Shown here: piece by piece, positions 35,980 through 44,929 of the stretch | Layout of the letters: every line of letters begins with the position of its first letter | Position numbering within the stretch: the first letter of the stretch is position 1 | IMG/VR virus record: IMGVR_UViG_3300037499_000085 | Source: an uncultured virus (IMG/VR IMGVR_UViG_3300037499_000085) | Taxonomy: Duplodnaviria > Heunggongvirae > Uroviricota > Caudoviricetes | Reading direction: 5' to 3' (one strand) | DNA: 64,000 nucleotides | The notes under the pieces: model-generated | What the model was told of the DNA's origin: nothing | Seen by the model: only the letters and a program-made list of their open reading frames with translations | Databases searched by the model: none | Position numbers and translations under genes: made by a program

Positions 35980-36315
35980 ATGCGCGAGTATCACCTGCCG
36001 AGCGGCGAACTGGTTCCGGCGGAACTGCAAGAACAGATCGCCGACGACGTACGGGATTTCGACCAGGCCCAGACGCCGGAAGCACGGTCGGCCGCCGCGT
36101 TGAAGAAGATCGGAAACGAGCTGCCGCGCATCCGCGCGGCGGTTGCCGGTGAGGACATGCTCGTCAAATGCGTGGAACGCATGGCCGTGGCGCTGGAGAT
36201 CGTGGCTCTCAGCGAGCTGGGGTTCACCTCGGACACCGTCGCGAACACCACGCCCGCCCACCGGCTCATGGCCCGCTACGGTCTGCTCGACCCGGACGAC
36301 GAAAGGCCGCTGTGA
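35980..36315 (+). CDS. hypothetical protein
   Basis: RBS GGAG. Confidence 0.65.
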   Translation: MREYHLPSGELVPAELQEQIADDVRDFDQAQTPEARSAAALKKIGNELPRIRAAVAGEDMLVKCVERMAVALEIVALSELGFTSDTVANTTPAHRLMARYGLLDPDDERPL

Positions 36316-36500
36316 AGATCACATCGGAGCAGAAACGAAAGATCCCCTGGTTCATGCACCGGAATCGGTGCGCGCGGTGTTCCGGCTACCACGCTCCGTG
36401 GTGGGGCACGGTCCGGGCACCCTCGTGCGAGGAGGGATCCGCCCGCGTCAACGACATGACCATGGCGCTGGAATCTCTGAAGGTCAAGGAGAACCGATGA
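36312..36500 (+). CDS. hypothetical protein
   Basis: coupled at both ends. Confidence 0.5.
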   Translation: MKITSEQKRKIPWFMHRNRCARCSGYHAPWWGTVRAPSCEEGSARVNDMTMALESLKVKENR

Positions 36501-37042
36501 TGGTGGACGTTCCGGACTACCAACCGATCCCGGGGGACATCGGCCTGACTTCCATCTCGGGCAAGGTCGGGAGATCGATCAAGCTGGGCCAGTGGCTAGC
36601 TGGTGACGGATTCCATGATCTTTCCCACGCGTTCACCTACGTGGGCGACGGCAAGATCATGGAAGCCATGCCGGGTGGCGCCCGCATGGCCGAGCTGATC
36701 CAGTACGAGTCAAAGAAGATCATGTGGCTCCGGTGCCCCGAGCAGTACGGGGAGGCCGTGGCGCGAGCCGCCATCAGCTTCCACGGTGTGAAGTACGCGT
36801 TTTCCGACTACGGCGCCTTGGCGCTGCACCGGTTCCACATCCCGACGCCGCGCCTGAAGTGGTTCATCGCGCGTCGGAAGTCGATGATCTGTTCGCAGTT
36901 GTGCGACCGGGCCGCCCTGACGGGCGGGTGGCACATCTTCGATGACGGCCGCTGGTCCGGCTACGTCACGCCCGGTGACCTCTACAAGTGTGCGATCAAG
37001 TCCGGGGGTCAGCCGGGAGAACGGTACAAGGTGAGTCGGTGA
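36497..37042 (+). CDS. permuted papain-like (NlpC/P60, YiiX-type) amidase/peptidase
   Basis: PGDI...SHAFTYVG..IMEA...ICSQL...VTPGDL (His before Cys). Confidence 0.75.
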   Translation: MMVDVPDYQPIPGDIGLTSISGKVGRSIKLGQWLAGDGFHDLSHAFTYVGDGKIMEAMPGGARMAELIQYESKKIMWLRCPEQYGEAVARAAISFHGVKYAFSDYGALALHRFHIPTPRLKWFIARRKSMICSQLCDRAALTGGWHIFDDGRWSGYVTPGDLYKCAIKSGGQPGERYKVSR

Positions 37043-37515
37043 CACGACGCATCTACCTGACCCAGGGGAAGTTCACCCTGGTAGACGATGATAACTACGA
37101 CCTGTTGTCGCAGTGGAAGTGGTGCGCTCACGTCAAGGTGAACACCACTTACGCCGTCCGGAGTATCTACGACCGGGGTACGTGGCAGACCGTTCCCATG
37201 CACGGCGTGATCATGGACCAGAAATACATAGGTCACATCAACGGTCTCGGACTGGACAACCGGAAGATCAACCTGAGGTTGTCCAGTCCGTTGTTCAACA
37301 ACAGGAACCGCCGACCTGATCGCGGTCATGTCTTCAAAGGTGTTCGTCCGTCTTCCGGCACTCGATGGAGAGCTAGGATCTACGCGGATGGCAAGCGGTT
37401 CTGCCTCGGTACGTTCGACGATGCAGAGACGGCCGCCCGAGCGTACGACCGGGCCGCGTTCGAGAAAGATCCGGTGCACTGCTACTTGAATTTCTTCGAC
37501 GAATACAGGGGGTGA
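37039..37515 (+). CDS. second HNH-AP2 endonuclease
   Basis: IGHINGLGLDNRKINLR; FKGV...AETAARAYDRAA...LNF. Confidence 0.85.
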   Translation: MTRRIYLTQGKFTLVDDDNYDLLSQWKWCAHVKVNTTYAVRSIYDRGTWQTVPMHGVIMDQKYIGHINGLGLDNRKINLRLSSPLFNNRNRRPDRGHVFKGVRPSSGTRWRARIYADGKRFCLGTFDDAETAARAYDRAAFEKDPVHCYLNFFDEYRG

Positions 37516-37519
37516 TGCC

Positions 37520-37779
37520 ATGACAGAGCTGATCACACCCCGCGCGTCCAATCTCCAGTACGGCCAGGGGTCCTCACTCTGGAAGTTATGTACTGGACGA
37601 AGGGCAAGGGTGCCGCGAAGTGGACCGGTGCCAAGCACAAGTGGTCGACCCTCAACAAGTTGCTGAAGGCCGCCGGTGTGCCGTCAGGCGAAGTCGACGG
37701 TCTGACCACCAACATCATCCAGGCCGTTCTGCCTGGCTACATGGGCTCGAAACAGAAGAAGGGCACGTACGCAAAATGA
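37520..37779 (+). CDS. split gene joined across AAG-TTA-TG-TAC (candidate TTA-dependent bypass, or pseudogene)
   Basis: MTELITPRASNLQYGQGSSLWK in one frame continues as YWTKGKGAAKW in another after a 5-nt gap. Confidence 0.55.
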
Positions 37780-37970
37780 TCATTGACCCCGACAAGAAGG
37801 CCACGAAGCGTGGTCTGTTCCGCACGATCTTCAGCCCGTTCATGGGCGCCAACGCGCGGCGGGCCCGCCTCGCGCACCGCGATCTCAAGGACGCGCGGGC
37901 CAAGCTCGCCGAGCAGCGCTCGGTGAACCGCAGCGTGAAGCAGCTCCGGAAGGACGGGGTTCTCAAGTGA
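37776..37970 (+). CDS. small basic protein
   Basis: ATGA coupling. Confidence 0.55.
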   Translation: MIIDPDKKATKRGLFRTIFSPFMGANARRARLAHRDLKDARAKLAEQRSVNRSVKQLRKDGVLK

Positions 37971-38077
37971 CCAACGACCGCCGGAAAGCCGTGTACCTCC
38001 GCCAGAACGGGTCGGACACCCGGCTCACCGGCGCTCAGCGCCGGAGGCTGCGGAGCAAGCGTCACAAGATCAAGTAA
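37967..38077 (+). CDS. small basic protein
   Basis: GTGA coupling; LTGAQRRRL. Confidence 0.45.
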   Translation: MTNDRRKAVYLRQNGSDTRLTGAQRRRLRSKRHKIK

Positions 38078-38079
38078 TC

Positions 38080-38826
38080 TCAACCGGTACGGGCGTGACG
38101 GCCCCGGCTCACCGCCGGACGTCGCGCCCGTTTCCGCATCGCGGCCCGGCACATCACGCCGAGCGTCAGCCCGTACGTCGCGTGACCAAGACTGCTGTTG
38201 ACCATGGTCTGCCACGACACCGGGAACAACTGGGTCTGCGCCACCGGGAAGAGGCTGAGGAAGCCGAGCATTCCGAGGCCGATCATGCTCGCGTAGACCA
38301 GGCCCAGCTTCGGCCCCCACCACTTGCGCGGGCAGAGCGTCGCGAAGATGACCCCCATCCCGGCCCCGTTGCCGAGGGTCCGCCACGCGTACCCGACCCA
38401 CCACGGAGTACCGTCCCCGAAGATCATGGTGCCGATGTGCGGGATCGGATCGCCGCCTCCCTGGCTGAAGCTCAGAGCGAGGCGCATCAGGTCGTAGGCC
38501 AGCACAGCCACGATGCCGCCGAGGAACCCCGTGGCGGCGTCACGGCCCACGGCAGGGAGCAGCATCCCGAGTGTCAGGATGGCCGCGTACGCCGGGATGA
38601 CCACGAACGTGAGCAGTGTGCCGAGCGGAGCGAAGCCCGCGTAGGCGACGCTCAGCATCAGGATCGGTGCGGAACCGCACATGGCGCACGCGAGTCGCGC
38701 TCCCACTTCGGTCACCTGATCGAAGCTGATGTCCGGCATCCTGTCCGGTCTGGGCACGCCTGCCAGAAAGACCATGGACCCCAGCCCGAGGAGGGTGAAG
38801 CCCATGACCGGGATGACGAAACTCAC
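38080..38826 (-). CDS. polytopic membrane protein (moron)
   Basis: about seven hydrophobic helices; opposite strand to its neighbours. Confidence 0.75.
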   Translation of the reverse strand: MSFVIPVMGFTLLGLGSMVFLAGVPRPDRMPDISFDQVTEVGARLACAMCGSAPILMLSVAYAGFAPLGTLLTFVVIPAYAAILTLGMLLPAVGRDAATGFLGGIVAVLAYDLMRLALSFSQGGGDPIPHIGTMIFGDGTPWWVGYAWRTLGNGAGMGVIFATLCPRKWWGPKLGLVYASMIGLGMLGFLSLFPVAQTQLFPVSWQTMVNSSLGHATYGLTLGVMCRAAMRKRARRPAVSRGRHARTG

Positions 38827-38829
38827 GGC

Positions 38830-39711
38830 CTACCGGCCTATGACCTTGAACTCGAAGACGTCGAACGCCTGCACCCGCGTGGCCACGTTGGTCACCAACG
38901 CGGGGTGACCGGGGCCCGAGCAGTACACGTCGCCCCGGTAGCTGCCCTTCGGCAGACCTGTGATCTCTGCGGTGAGGTCGCCCTTGAAGCCCTGGATGCC
39001 GGAGAACGCCGCGTCGTAGTCCTCGCCCGGCAGCGCTCCGAACCGGTCCAGCGTGGTCACCCCGAGATGGCAGTGCGCGAGGGGCCTGCCGGATTCGTCC
39101 AACTCCCCCGGGTGCTCATGCAGGGTGGTTCCCGCACCGCCGGTCTCATCGAACGTGAAGGCGTTGAGGTCGAGCACGCCCTGATCGTCGGCGACGAGAA
39201 TCTTGACCTTCACCGGCTTGTGCACCCAGTTGAAGAACTTCGCGTTGGCGCTCACCCGCACCGGGTGTTCGGCCACTTCCCCTACGGGGGTGGACACGCA
39301 GGTGTTCGCCTTGTTCGCTACACCCTCGCCCGGTTCCAGGTCGGACGCGTCGCAGAATTCGGACGTCTCCGGCGGTGCGGCATCCTGCCGGACGTTCTCG
39401 ACCGGCGTCCCGCGCACGACCTTGATGGTGCCGGGCCGACCGGCCGGAGCGGGCGCCGTGGCGGACGCACTGCCGGACTCCGTGGACGCTGCTCCGGGGT
39501 CTTCCTCCGGCGTGGCGGTCCCGGTGCTGCGGTCGTCGTGCTCACCGGCCGCAGTTCCGGTGTTCGGCCCGGATGCGCTCGACTGCGACGCCGTCTCGGA
39601 TGCACTCGACTGCGCCGGAGCCGGAGTGTGGCCCGACGCCACACCACACGCGCTGAGCAGAACCAGTGCAGACGCGGTGCACGCGCCACGCTTGAAGTTC
39701 TTGCGGGTCAT
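38830..39711 (-). CDS. lipoprotein resembling actinobacterial secreted Pecanex-like proteins
   Basis: LLSAC lipobox, S/T/A/P linker, CVSTPVGEV...AHCH...GH; RBS AAGGAG; family assignment from memory. Confidence 0.7.
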   Translation of the reverse strand: MTRKNFKRGACTASALVLLSACGVASGHTPAPAQSSASETASQSSASGPNTGTAAGEHDDRSTGTATPEEDPGAASTESGSASATAPAPAGRPGTIKVVRGTPVENVRQDAAPPETSEFCDASDLEPGEGVANKANTCVSTPVGEVAEHPVRVSANAKFFNWVHKPVKVKILVADDQGVLDLNAFTFDETGGAGTTLHEHPGELDESGRPLAHCHLGVTTLDRFGALPGEDYDAAFSGIQGFKGDLTAEITGLPKGSYRGDVYCSGPGHPALVTNVATRVQAFDVFEFKVIGR

Positions 39712-39771
39712 GAGTCACTCCTTCGTAGACGCATGGATCATACCGACATTCAACCAACGGAGTTGATCAGG

Positions 39772-39897
39772 ATGACCGAACGCTTCGGCATACAGCGCTG
39801 TTCCGTGTGCGGTCACTACGCCTTCGGGCGAGTGATCCACGTGACGGACGGCTTGCACGTACCCATGGACGACGAGGAGGAAGACCACGATGACTGA
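39772..39897 (+). CDS. small CxxC protein
   Basis: CSVCGH; overlaps the next start. Confidence 0.45.
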   Translation: MTERFGIQRCSVCGHYAFGRVIHVTDGLHVPMDDEEEDHDD

Positions 39898-40174
39898 TCG
39901 CAAGACCAACGCACTGGTGCGCCGGGCCGGAGATGCCAAGGCGTCGCGCCGGAAACCGGTGCTTCTCGACGCGCAGGAAACGGCTTGGGCCCATGCCCGA
40001 CGGGAGCGCTACTACTGCCCCGGTTGCGGGCAGGTGCGGGCCCGGCGAGACAACTGGGGGATACGTCAGCTCTCGGGTGACCGGGTACTGCCGCACGAGT
40101 TCAACACCGGGGTACGGGAGGTCGAACTCTGCCCCGGTGGGCCGATCGATCCGAAGGGGGACCGGGCACCGTGA
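39890..40174 (+). CDS. hypothetical protein
   Basis: RBS GAGGAGG; CPGC...CPGG. Confidence 0.6.
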   Translation: MTDRKTNALVRRAGDAKASRRKPVLLDAQETAWAHARRERYYCPGCGQVRARRDNWGIRQLSGDRVLPHEFNTGVREVELCPGGPIDPKGDRAP

Positions 40175-40512
40175 CCGACTACTACGCACGGATCAACGAA
40201 GCCACCAAGGACGCGGAGTCGCGTGGCTGGGTACGGGTTCCGGGCAGCTACAACCCGACATGGCGCAAGTCGGTGGAGCACCCCACACCGGCCAGTGTGA
40301 TCAAGTGCGGGTGGTGGACCAACCCTTTGTACCCCAGCCACCAGTTCGTCTCGTTCATCCTCCGGGGCCGTGACCGCGCGCCGGGTGCGGTGTACCGGAC
40401 CAGCCGCACCTACTGGACACCATGCTTCGATCGGAGCATCAGTTTCAAACGGGCACTGGAGATCCTCGCCGCCGAGACGGACGAGGTCCACGAGAACCAC
40501 TGGGCCGGGTGA
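40171..40512 (+). CDS. hypothetical protein
   Basis: GTGA coupling. Confidence 0.6.
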   Translation: MTDYYARINEATKDAESRGWVRVPGSYNPTWRKSVEHPTPASVIKCGWWTNPLYPSHQFVSFILRGRDRAPGAVYRTSRTYWTPCFDRSISFKRALEILAAETDEVHENHWAG

Positions 40513-40838
40513 TGGCCGACCACTACGACGACGAGGGCCGCCGGATCGACGTCGCGGAGCTGGGTGAGATCCGGCTGTGCGCGCGCATGTGCGACACGTG
40601 CGTGTTCCGTCCGGGGAACCTCATGCACCTGGAACCCGGACGGGTGACCGACATGGTCAAGGCCGCACACAAGGACGAGGGGCACATCACGTGTCACAAG
40701 ACGCTCGACACCGAGGCGCCTGCCATCTGCCGTGGCTACGCCGACAAGGCCGACCGTGGCCGGTCCCTCGCGCTGAGGATCGGCCGCGCGCTGGGATGGC
40801 TCCGCGAAGTAGAACCGCCGAGGAAGGATCACGAATGA
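40512..40838 (+). CDS. conserved Cys-motif phage protein
   Basis: CDTCVFRP...CHKT...AICRG. Confidence 0.7.
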   Translation: MADHYDDEGRRIDVAELGEIRLCARMCDTCVFRPGNLMHLEPGRVTDMVKAAHKDEGHITCHKTLDTEAPAICRGYADKADRGRSLALRIGRALGWLREVEPPRKDHE

Positions 40839-41122
40839 GTCTGGTCAACTGCCCCGTAGACCCTGACTGTGCCTTGGTCGAACTGACCAGGCTGCCACAG
40901 CACGTCTACGAGGTGCACACCGAAGATCACCCCAACTACAACCGGTGGGACATCGTGGAACGCTGTTTGACTCAAGCCGTCCGCAACACGGCCGGGACGC
41001 ACCCTTCGGTGCCGATTCCGGCCGTTCGCAACGACTGCGCGTTCTGCCACCGGGAACGCAGCCCCAAGGACGACAACCACGCACCGGAATGCCCGTACTG
41101 GGTGTTCTTCGGAGAGGGATGA
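40835..41122 (+). CDS. zinc-finger-like protein
   Basis: CPVDPDC..HVYEVH and CAFC..HAPEC. Confidence 0.6.
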   Translation: MSLVNCPVDPDCALVELTRLPQHVYEVHTEDHPNYNRWDIVERCLTQAVRNTAGTHPSVPIPAVRNDCAFCHRERSPKDDNHAPECPYWVFFGEG

Positions 41123-41355
41123 TCATGTACGAGTGCCCCATCGAGGGCTGCGCTTCCAACCACATCGATGTGACGAGTCTCAAGACTCATGTGATCCGCA
41201 CCCACACGGACATAGCCGACAGCCCGACGCGAAGGGAGCGGACAGCGGAACACATCATCGAGCATCAGCGTGTATCGTCAGCTTTGGACTTGGTAGAGAT
41301 CATCGGCGGCATGCGCCGCATGGCCTACGACTACGAGCAGGGAGACATCTGGTGA
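41119..41355 (+). CDS. C2H2 zinc-finger-like protein
   Basis: YECPIEGC-x12-HVIRTH. Confidence 0.65.
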   Translation: MIMYECPIEGCASNHIDVTSLKTHVIRTHTDIADSPTRRERTAEHIIEHQRVSSALDLVEIIGGMRRMAYDYEQGDIW

Positions 41356-41558
41356 GCGGACCCCGACCCGCACCCGAGCCGGACCGGTGGCCCACTCCCG
41401 AAGAAGCCGCCGACACGGACTGTGTCTTCCACGGCGAGATCTACCCCGAGCACGATTTCTACTACGGCTCCGAGTGCCGCCGGTGCGGAGCCGAGGCAGA
41501 CGAGGACGACATAGCCGACGATGTGCCGAACAGGATGCAGCGGAATCTCGGGATCTGA
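41352..41558 (+). CDS. small acidic protein
   Basis: GTGA coupling; EHDF..ECRRCG. Confidence 0.55.
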   Translation: MSGPRPAPEPDRWPTPEEAADTDCVFHGEIYPEHDFYYGSECRRCGAEADEDDIADDVPNRMQRNLGI

Positions 41559-41563
41559 GCAGC

Positions 41564-41594
41564 AAAATGCCCCCTCCTCGGAGGGGGCATTTTT
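41564..41594. terminator. bidirectional intrinsic terminator
   Basis: AAAATGCCCCCTC-CTCG-GAGGGGGCATTTTT between convergent operons. Confidence 0.85.
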
Positions 41595-41604
41595 GCGTTG
41601 TGGA

Positions 41605-41973
41605 CTAGCTGGTCAGCTTGCCCGGAGGCGACACCGACGCGGGCACCGGCGCCGTCACACGGCCGCGCAGCCAGAAAGCACCGAACACGGTGATCAGCCC
41701 GAGGACGTTCGCCTGGTGCTCAGCGGCCCAGTCCAGACCGAACGCGGCGAACAATGCACCGGCCGCGACGACGACACCGGATGCCAGGGCAATCAGGCCG
41801 TCGCCCGAGGACACGGCCAGTGCGACCGCGAACACGAACACGACCACCGCAGTAGCGATGCCCTGGAACTTACCGCTGGAATCGAACCCGTACGCCGACA
41901 CCACCTGGAAAACACCGGCGACGAGAGCGAGGTACACCGCCTGTTCGCGACCGAAGATCTTGATGGGGTTCAT
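41605..41973 (-). CDS. holin-like membrane protein
   Basis: KIFGRE N-terminus, four TM segments, RGRVTAP end; in the lysis cluster. Confidence 0.7.
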   Translation of the reverse strand: MNPIKIFGREQAVYLALVAGVFQVVSAYGFDSSGKFQGIATAVVVFVFAVALAVSSGDGLIALASGVVVAAGALFAAFGLDWAAEHQANVLGLITVFGAFWLRGRVTAPVPASVSPPGKLTS

Positions 41974-41989
41974 GATGGTCTTCCTTCTC

Positions 41990-42169
41990 TCAGCCGATGA
42001 GCCGGGCGAGATCGTTCAGCCCGGTCACTACTTGTCTTCCCACGGTGGTCTGGCCCATGTAGAACCCGATGATCAGGAAGACGCACGCGATGAGCGTCTG
42101 CGGAGATCTCCGTCCGGCGATCAGCGCGATTCCCAGCAGGGCCAGCAGTATAGGGATAGCCAGAGTCAC
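41990..42169 (-). CDS. 59-aa two-TM membrane protein
   Basis: VTLAIPILLALLGIALIAG...VFLIIGFYMG; GTG 6 nt after TACACT (probably leaderless). Confidence 0.55.
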   Translation of the reverse strand: MTLAIPILLALLGIALIAGRRSPQTLIACVFLIIGFYMGQTTVGRQVVTGLNDLARLIG

Positions 42170-42335
42170 GGCCGCAGTGTACCGCCCCTGCGCGGTTCGT
42201 CCGAGACGGAACAGAACCGGTGCACTACGCCCCGTCCAGAGAGGGGTGGACCTGGTTGCCCGGCCTGGCGCTCCCGTCGCCCTCAGCGGGGCGTACAGCC
42301 CTTCCGGCCCGGGTCGGGCCGCGCGGCCCTACCGG

Positions 42336-42492
42336 GTTACCGGCGAGTAAGAGATCCAAAGCTCTGTGCGTCCGCCTAACGAGATCCTTTGCCGCCCGGA
42401 CCCCCGTGGTACCCCGGACTTGGGTTAGGGATTTGTGCAGGCGGGGGACGTGATCACGAACATTGGTCGGAGCGAAACGGTCATTGCGGGCA
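42336..42492 (+). repeat. dispersed intergenic element, copy C (longest)
   Basis: left half matches copies A and D, right half matches copy B. Confidence 0.85.
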
Positions 42493-42499
42493 CAAGACC

Positions 42500-43012
42500 T
42501 CAAGCACCCGTACAGATCTTCTGAACGACCGTAGCGATCTTCTCGCCGTAGTCCTGCGCCGGTGCCCACCGGCCGCCGAGGTCTTCTACGTAGTTCACCG
42601 ACCCGAACGCCCCGGTTCCGGGGCCGACCCACACCGCACGTGGGTCAGGAGTGTCGTCCGGTACCGGGAGACCGCAGTACAGCCGGAGGTGGTGTGCGTG
42701 CGCCAAGGCCCCGACGCGCGGGTAGCCGTCACGGTCGATGGAGAACCGCGCGTGGTCCTCGGGCCGGTCGCCGGAGGAATCGCGGATCTTCAGACCGCAC
42801 GTGTTGCCGAACGTCGGCTGCACCGCACCGCCGAACCGGCCGTAGCCGGTCTCGTGGCCGCACTGTGCGGCGAGCACCACGGGATCTACCCCGGTCGCCA
42901 GTCCGGCGTCCCACAGCGCCGTCACGGCCTTGGCGTACCAAGCCGAGTGCAGCGAGGCGAACATCCGCACCGCCACGTAGGGCAGGCTCGGAACCGCGAT
43001 GACCGGGATCAC
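42500..43012 (-). CDS. glucosaminidase (GH73-like) peptidoglycan hydrolase
   Basis: LAAQCGHETGYG...NTCGLK...LGGRWAP..DYG. Confidence 0.8.
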   Translation of the reverse strand: MIPVIAVPSLPYVAVRMFASLHSAWYAKAVTALWDAGLATGVDPVVLAAQCGHETGYGRFGGAVQPTFGNTCGLKIRDSSGDRPEDHARFSIDRDGYPRVGALAHAHHLRLYCGLPVPDDTPDPRAVWVGPGTGAFGSVNYVEDLGGRWAPAQDYGEKIATVVQKICTGA

Positions 43013-43200
43013 CGGTACCTCACTTCGTCGCGTAGCAACGGATTCCAGTCCTTCACCTGGTTGTGCGCCCAGTCGAACGCATCACGCCAGTTCGTGAATG
43101 GCTGTAGACCGTACTCGTAGTTACCTGAGAAACCGCGAGTCACGCGAGCCATCCAGCAGGACCCCAACTTGCATACCGTCGGCTTGGGGTAGCGGCTCAC
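43009..43200 (-). CDS. hypothetical protein
   Basis: GTGA overlaps at both ends. Confidence 0.55.
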   Translation of the reverse strand: MSRYPKPTVCKLGSCWMARVTRGFSGNYEYGLQPFTNWRDAFDWAHNQVKDWNPLLRDEVRYR

Positions 43201-44273
43201 TGGTACCTCACCTTGTCACCAGGGCTGATCTCGTCACCCTTGACCGACGGGTTCAACTGCCGGAGCCGGTCAACGGTGACCTTGTACCGTTGGCCGATCG
43301 ACCACAGGGTGTCGCCCCTGGCCACGGTGTGAGTCCTGACGACCGTGGCGACACTGCCCGATACGGTGATCTTGTCACCGATGCCGATGTTGGAATCCTT
43401 GATCGCGGGGTTCAGCTTGCGGATCTTGTCCACGGTCGTGCTGTACTTCCGGGCGATGGCCCACAGTGTGTCACCCTTGACCACGGTGTGGATCCTGACT
43501 CCCGGAGCCGGGGTCCCCGATACGGTGATCTTGTCACCGGGAGTGATCAGATCACCTTCGGCCCACGGATTGAGGCGCCGGAGCGTATCCACGGTGACGC
43601 CGTACCTGCGGCCGATCGACCACAGAGTATCGCCCCTGGCCACGGTGTGAGTCCTGGCCCCCGGAGCCGGAGTGATCGCGGTCATCCGCTTCGCCACCTT
43701 GGCCCGCATGCCGCTCATGGTGAACCCGCGCGGATCGATCTTCCCGGGCTGCCATTCGAGGTGGCCGATCACGTGGTGCTCGTTCCATCCGTGGTGCTTG
43801 CAGATGGCCGCACTCACGCGCTCGATGGCCAGCAACTGAGCGGCAGGCCACGGGTCTGTTCCGTTGCCCATGTTCTCGCACTCGAACCCGTAGAACGCGC
43901 GGTTGCCATCGGTGTTCGCCTGGTTGTCCTGCGGTGCCGGACGCCCTGCCCTGACGGCCGCGAGAACGTCGGCGTCGCCGCTTCCGGCGTGGTTGGCGCG
44001 GCCGTAGCCGACGAGGTGTACCTTGCCGTCCTTGGTGATGACGCCGTGACAGAGCGGGCCTGGCAGGCCGCTGTACCCGTCCCGGCAGATCTGCACCGTG
44101 CGAGCGCTGCCACTGGTGACCGTGTGATGGATCATCACTCCGTACACCGGCCCCCACGCACCTATGTGGTTGCGGTTGTGGGTTTCCCAGTTGCCGATCT
44201 CGACCACGGTCACACCGGCCGCGCGGAGGACGGACGCGAACTTAGCTGCTGTCATCGGTGTCGTGCTCACCAT
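43197..44273 (-). CDS. endolysin: N-acetylmuramoyl-L-alanine amidase plus three LysM domains
   Basis: GVMIHHT, RANHAG, YGFECE, IGHLEW..KIDP; three HTVxxGDTLWxI repeats. Confidence 0.93.
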   Translation of the reverse strand: MVSTTPMTAAKFASVLRAAGVTVVEIGNWETHNRNHIGAWGPVYGVMIHHTVTSGSARTVQICRDGYSGLPGPLCHGVITKDGKVHLVGYGRANHAGSGDADVLAAVRAGRPAPQDNQANTDGNRAFYGFECENMGNGTDPWPAAQLLAIERVSAAICKHHGWNEHHVIGHLEWQPGKIDPRGFTMSGMRAKVAKRMTAITPAPGARTHTVARGDTLWSIGRRYGVTVDTLRRLNPWAEGDLITPGDKITVSGTPAPGVRIHTVVKGDTLWAIARKYSTTVDKIRKLNPAIKDSNIGIGDKITVSGSVATVVRTHTVARGDTLWSIGQRYKVTVDRLRQLNPSVKGDEISPGDKVRYQ

Positions 44274-44752
44274 GATCCCCTGCCGCTGTCTTCCAGGAAC
44301 TCGTCACATTTCAGAGTGAGGTAACCCTCATTGATCACTTCGAATGCATGATCGTACTCATCGGGGGGCAGCGCCGAACGCGCCTTCCCCTCGGGGGACT
44401 CCGCGCCCTTCAGGACTCCGTACAGGGGACACAGTGCGCGCGTCCGCTGCTCGGTCTGCGTGGCACTAAGATCACTGGTGACCTGATTCAGCCGGTCCGT
44501 GTTCTTCACCGTGGCAGCTCCGACGAAGACAAGCACAACGGTGATTATCACATCCAGGAACATGGAACCTGCGAGAGCCCATATCATCAGCCGGTTACGC
44601 CGCGTGGAACTGGCCAGAGAAACGAACTGTGTGCCACTGTCATGGGCCAGTGTTTCCACCTCGCCCGTCAGCTCGACCGCCATCCGGATCAGCCGGTCCA
44701 CCCGGCTCTGATCCGTCGGTTCCTGTTCCGGCGGCGTCGTCCCGCTGCTCAT
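44267..44752 (-). CDS. membrane protein of the lysis cassette
   Basis: one TM helix, coiled segment and a Cys pair. Confidence 0.65.
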   Translation of the reverse strand: MSSGTTPPEQEPTDQSRVDRLIRMAVELTGEVETLAHDSGTQFVSLASSTRRNRLMIWALAGSMFLDVIITVVLVFVGAATVKNTDRLNQVTSDLSATQTEQRTRALCPLYGVLKGAESPEGKARSALPPDEYDHAFEVINEGYLTLKCDEFLEDSGRGSW

Positions 44753-44924
44753 GATCGTTACCTCCCGGTCGGCGTGGCTCACCAGCCTCTTCCCTGAGGC
44801 ACTGTGCTTCTCCTGTCAGACCTTCAGCGAAGACTTCCAGCCTGGCCGCCATGCGCAACAGTTCTTCGCGCAGTCGTTCCGACTCGGCTACCAGCCTGTC
44901 AGTTCCACCGTTCCCCGAGATCAT
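44640..44924 (-). CDS. hypothetical coiled-coil protein
   Basis: RBS GGAGGAG; 3' end overlaps the next gene. Confidence 0.45.
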   Translation of the reverse strand: MISGNGGTDRLVAESERLREELLRMAARLEVFAEGLTGEAQCLREEAGEPRRPGGNDHEQRDDAAGTGTDGSEPGGPADPDGGRADGRGGNTGP

Positions 44925-44929
44925 GATGG

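Noticed and set aside
38095..39897. 600-aa plus-strand ORF and similar long antisense ORFs (e.g. 52172-53632, 43098-44324, 30798-32018)
   Set aside because: High-GC shadow frames opposite well-supported genes; only the last 41 codons of this one look like a real gene
43200..43655. Three ~150-nt DNA repeats
   Set aside because: They encode the three LysM domains of the endolysin
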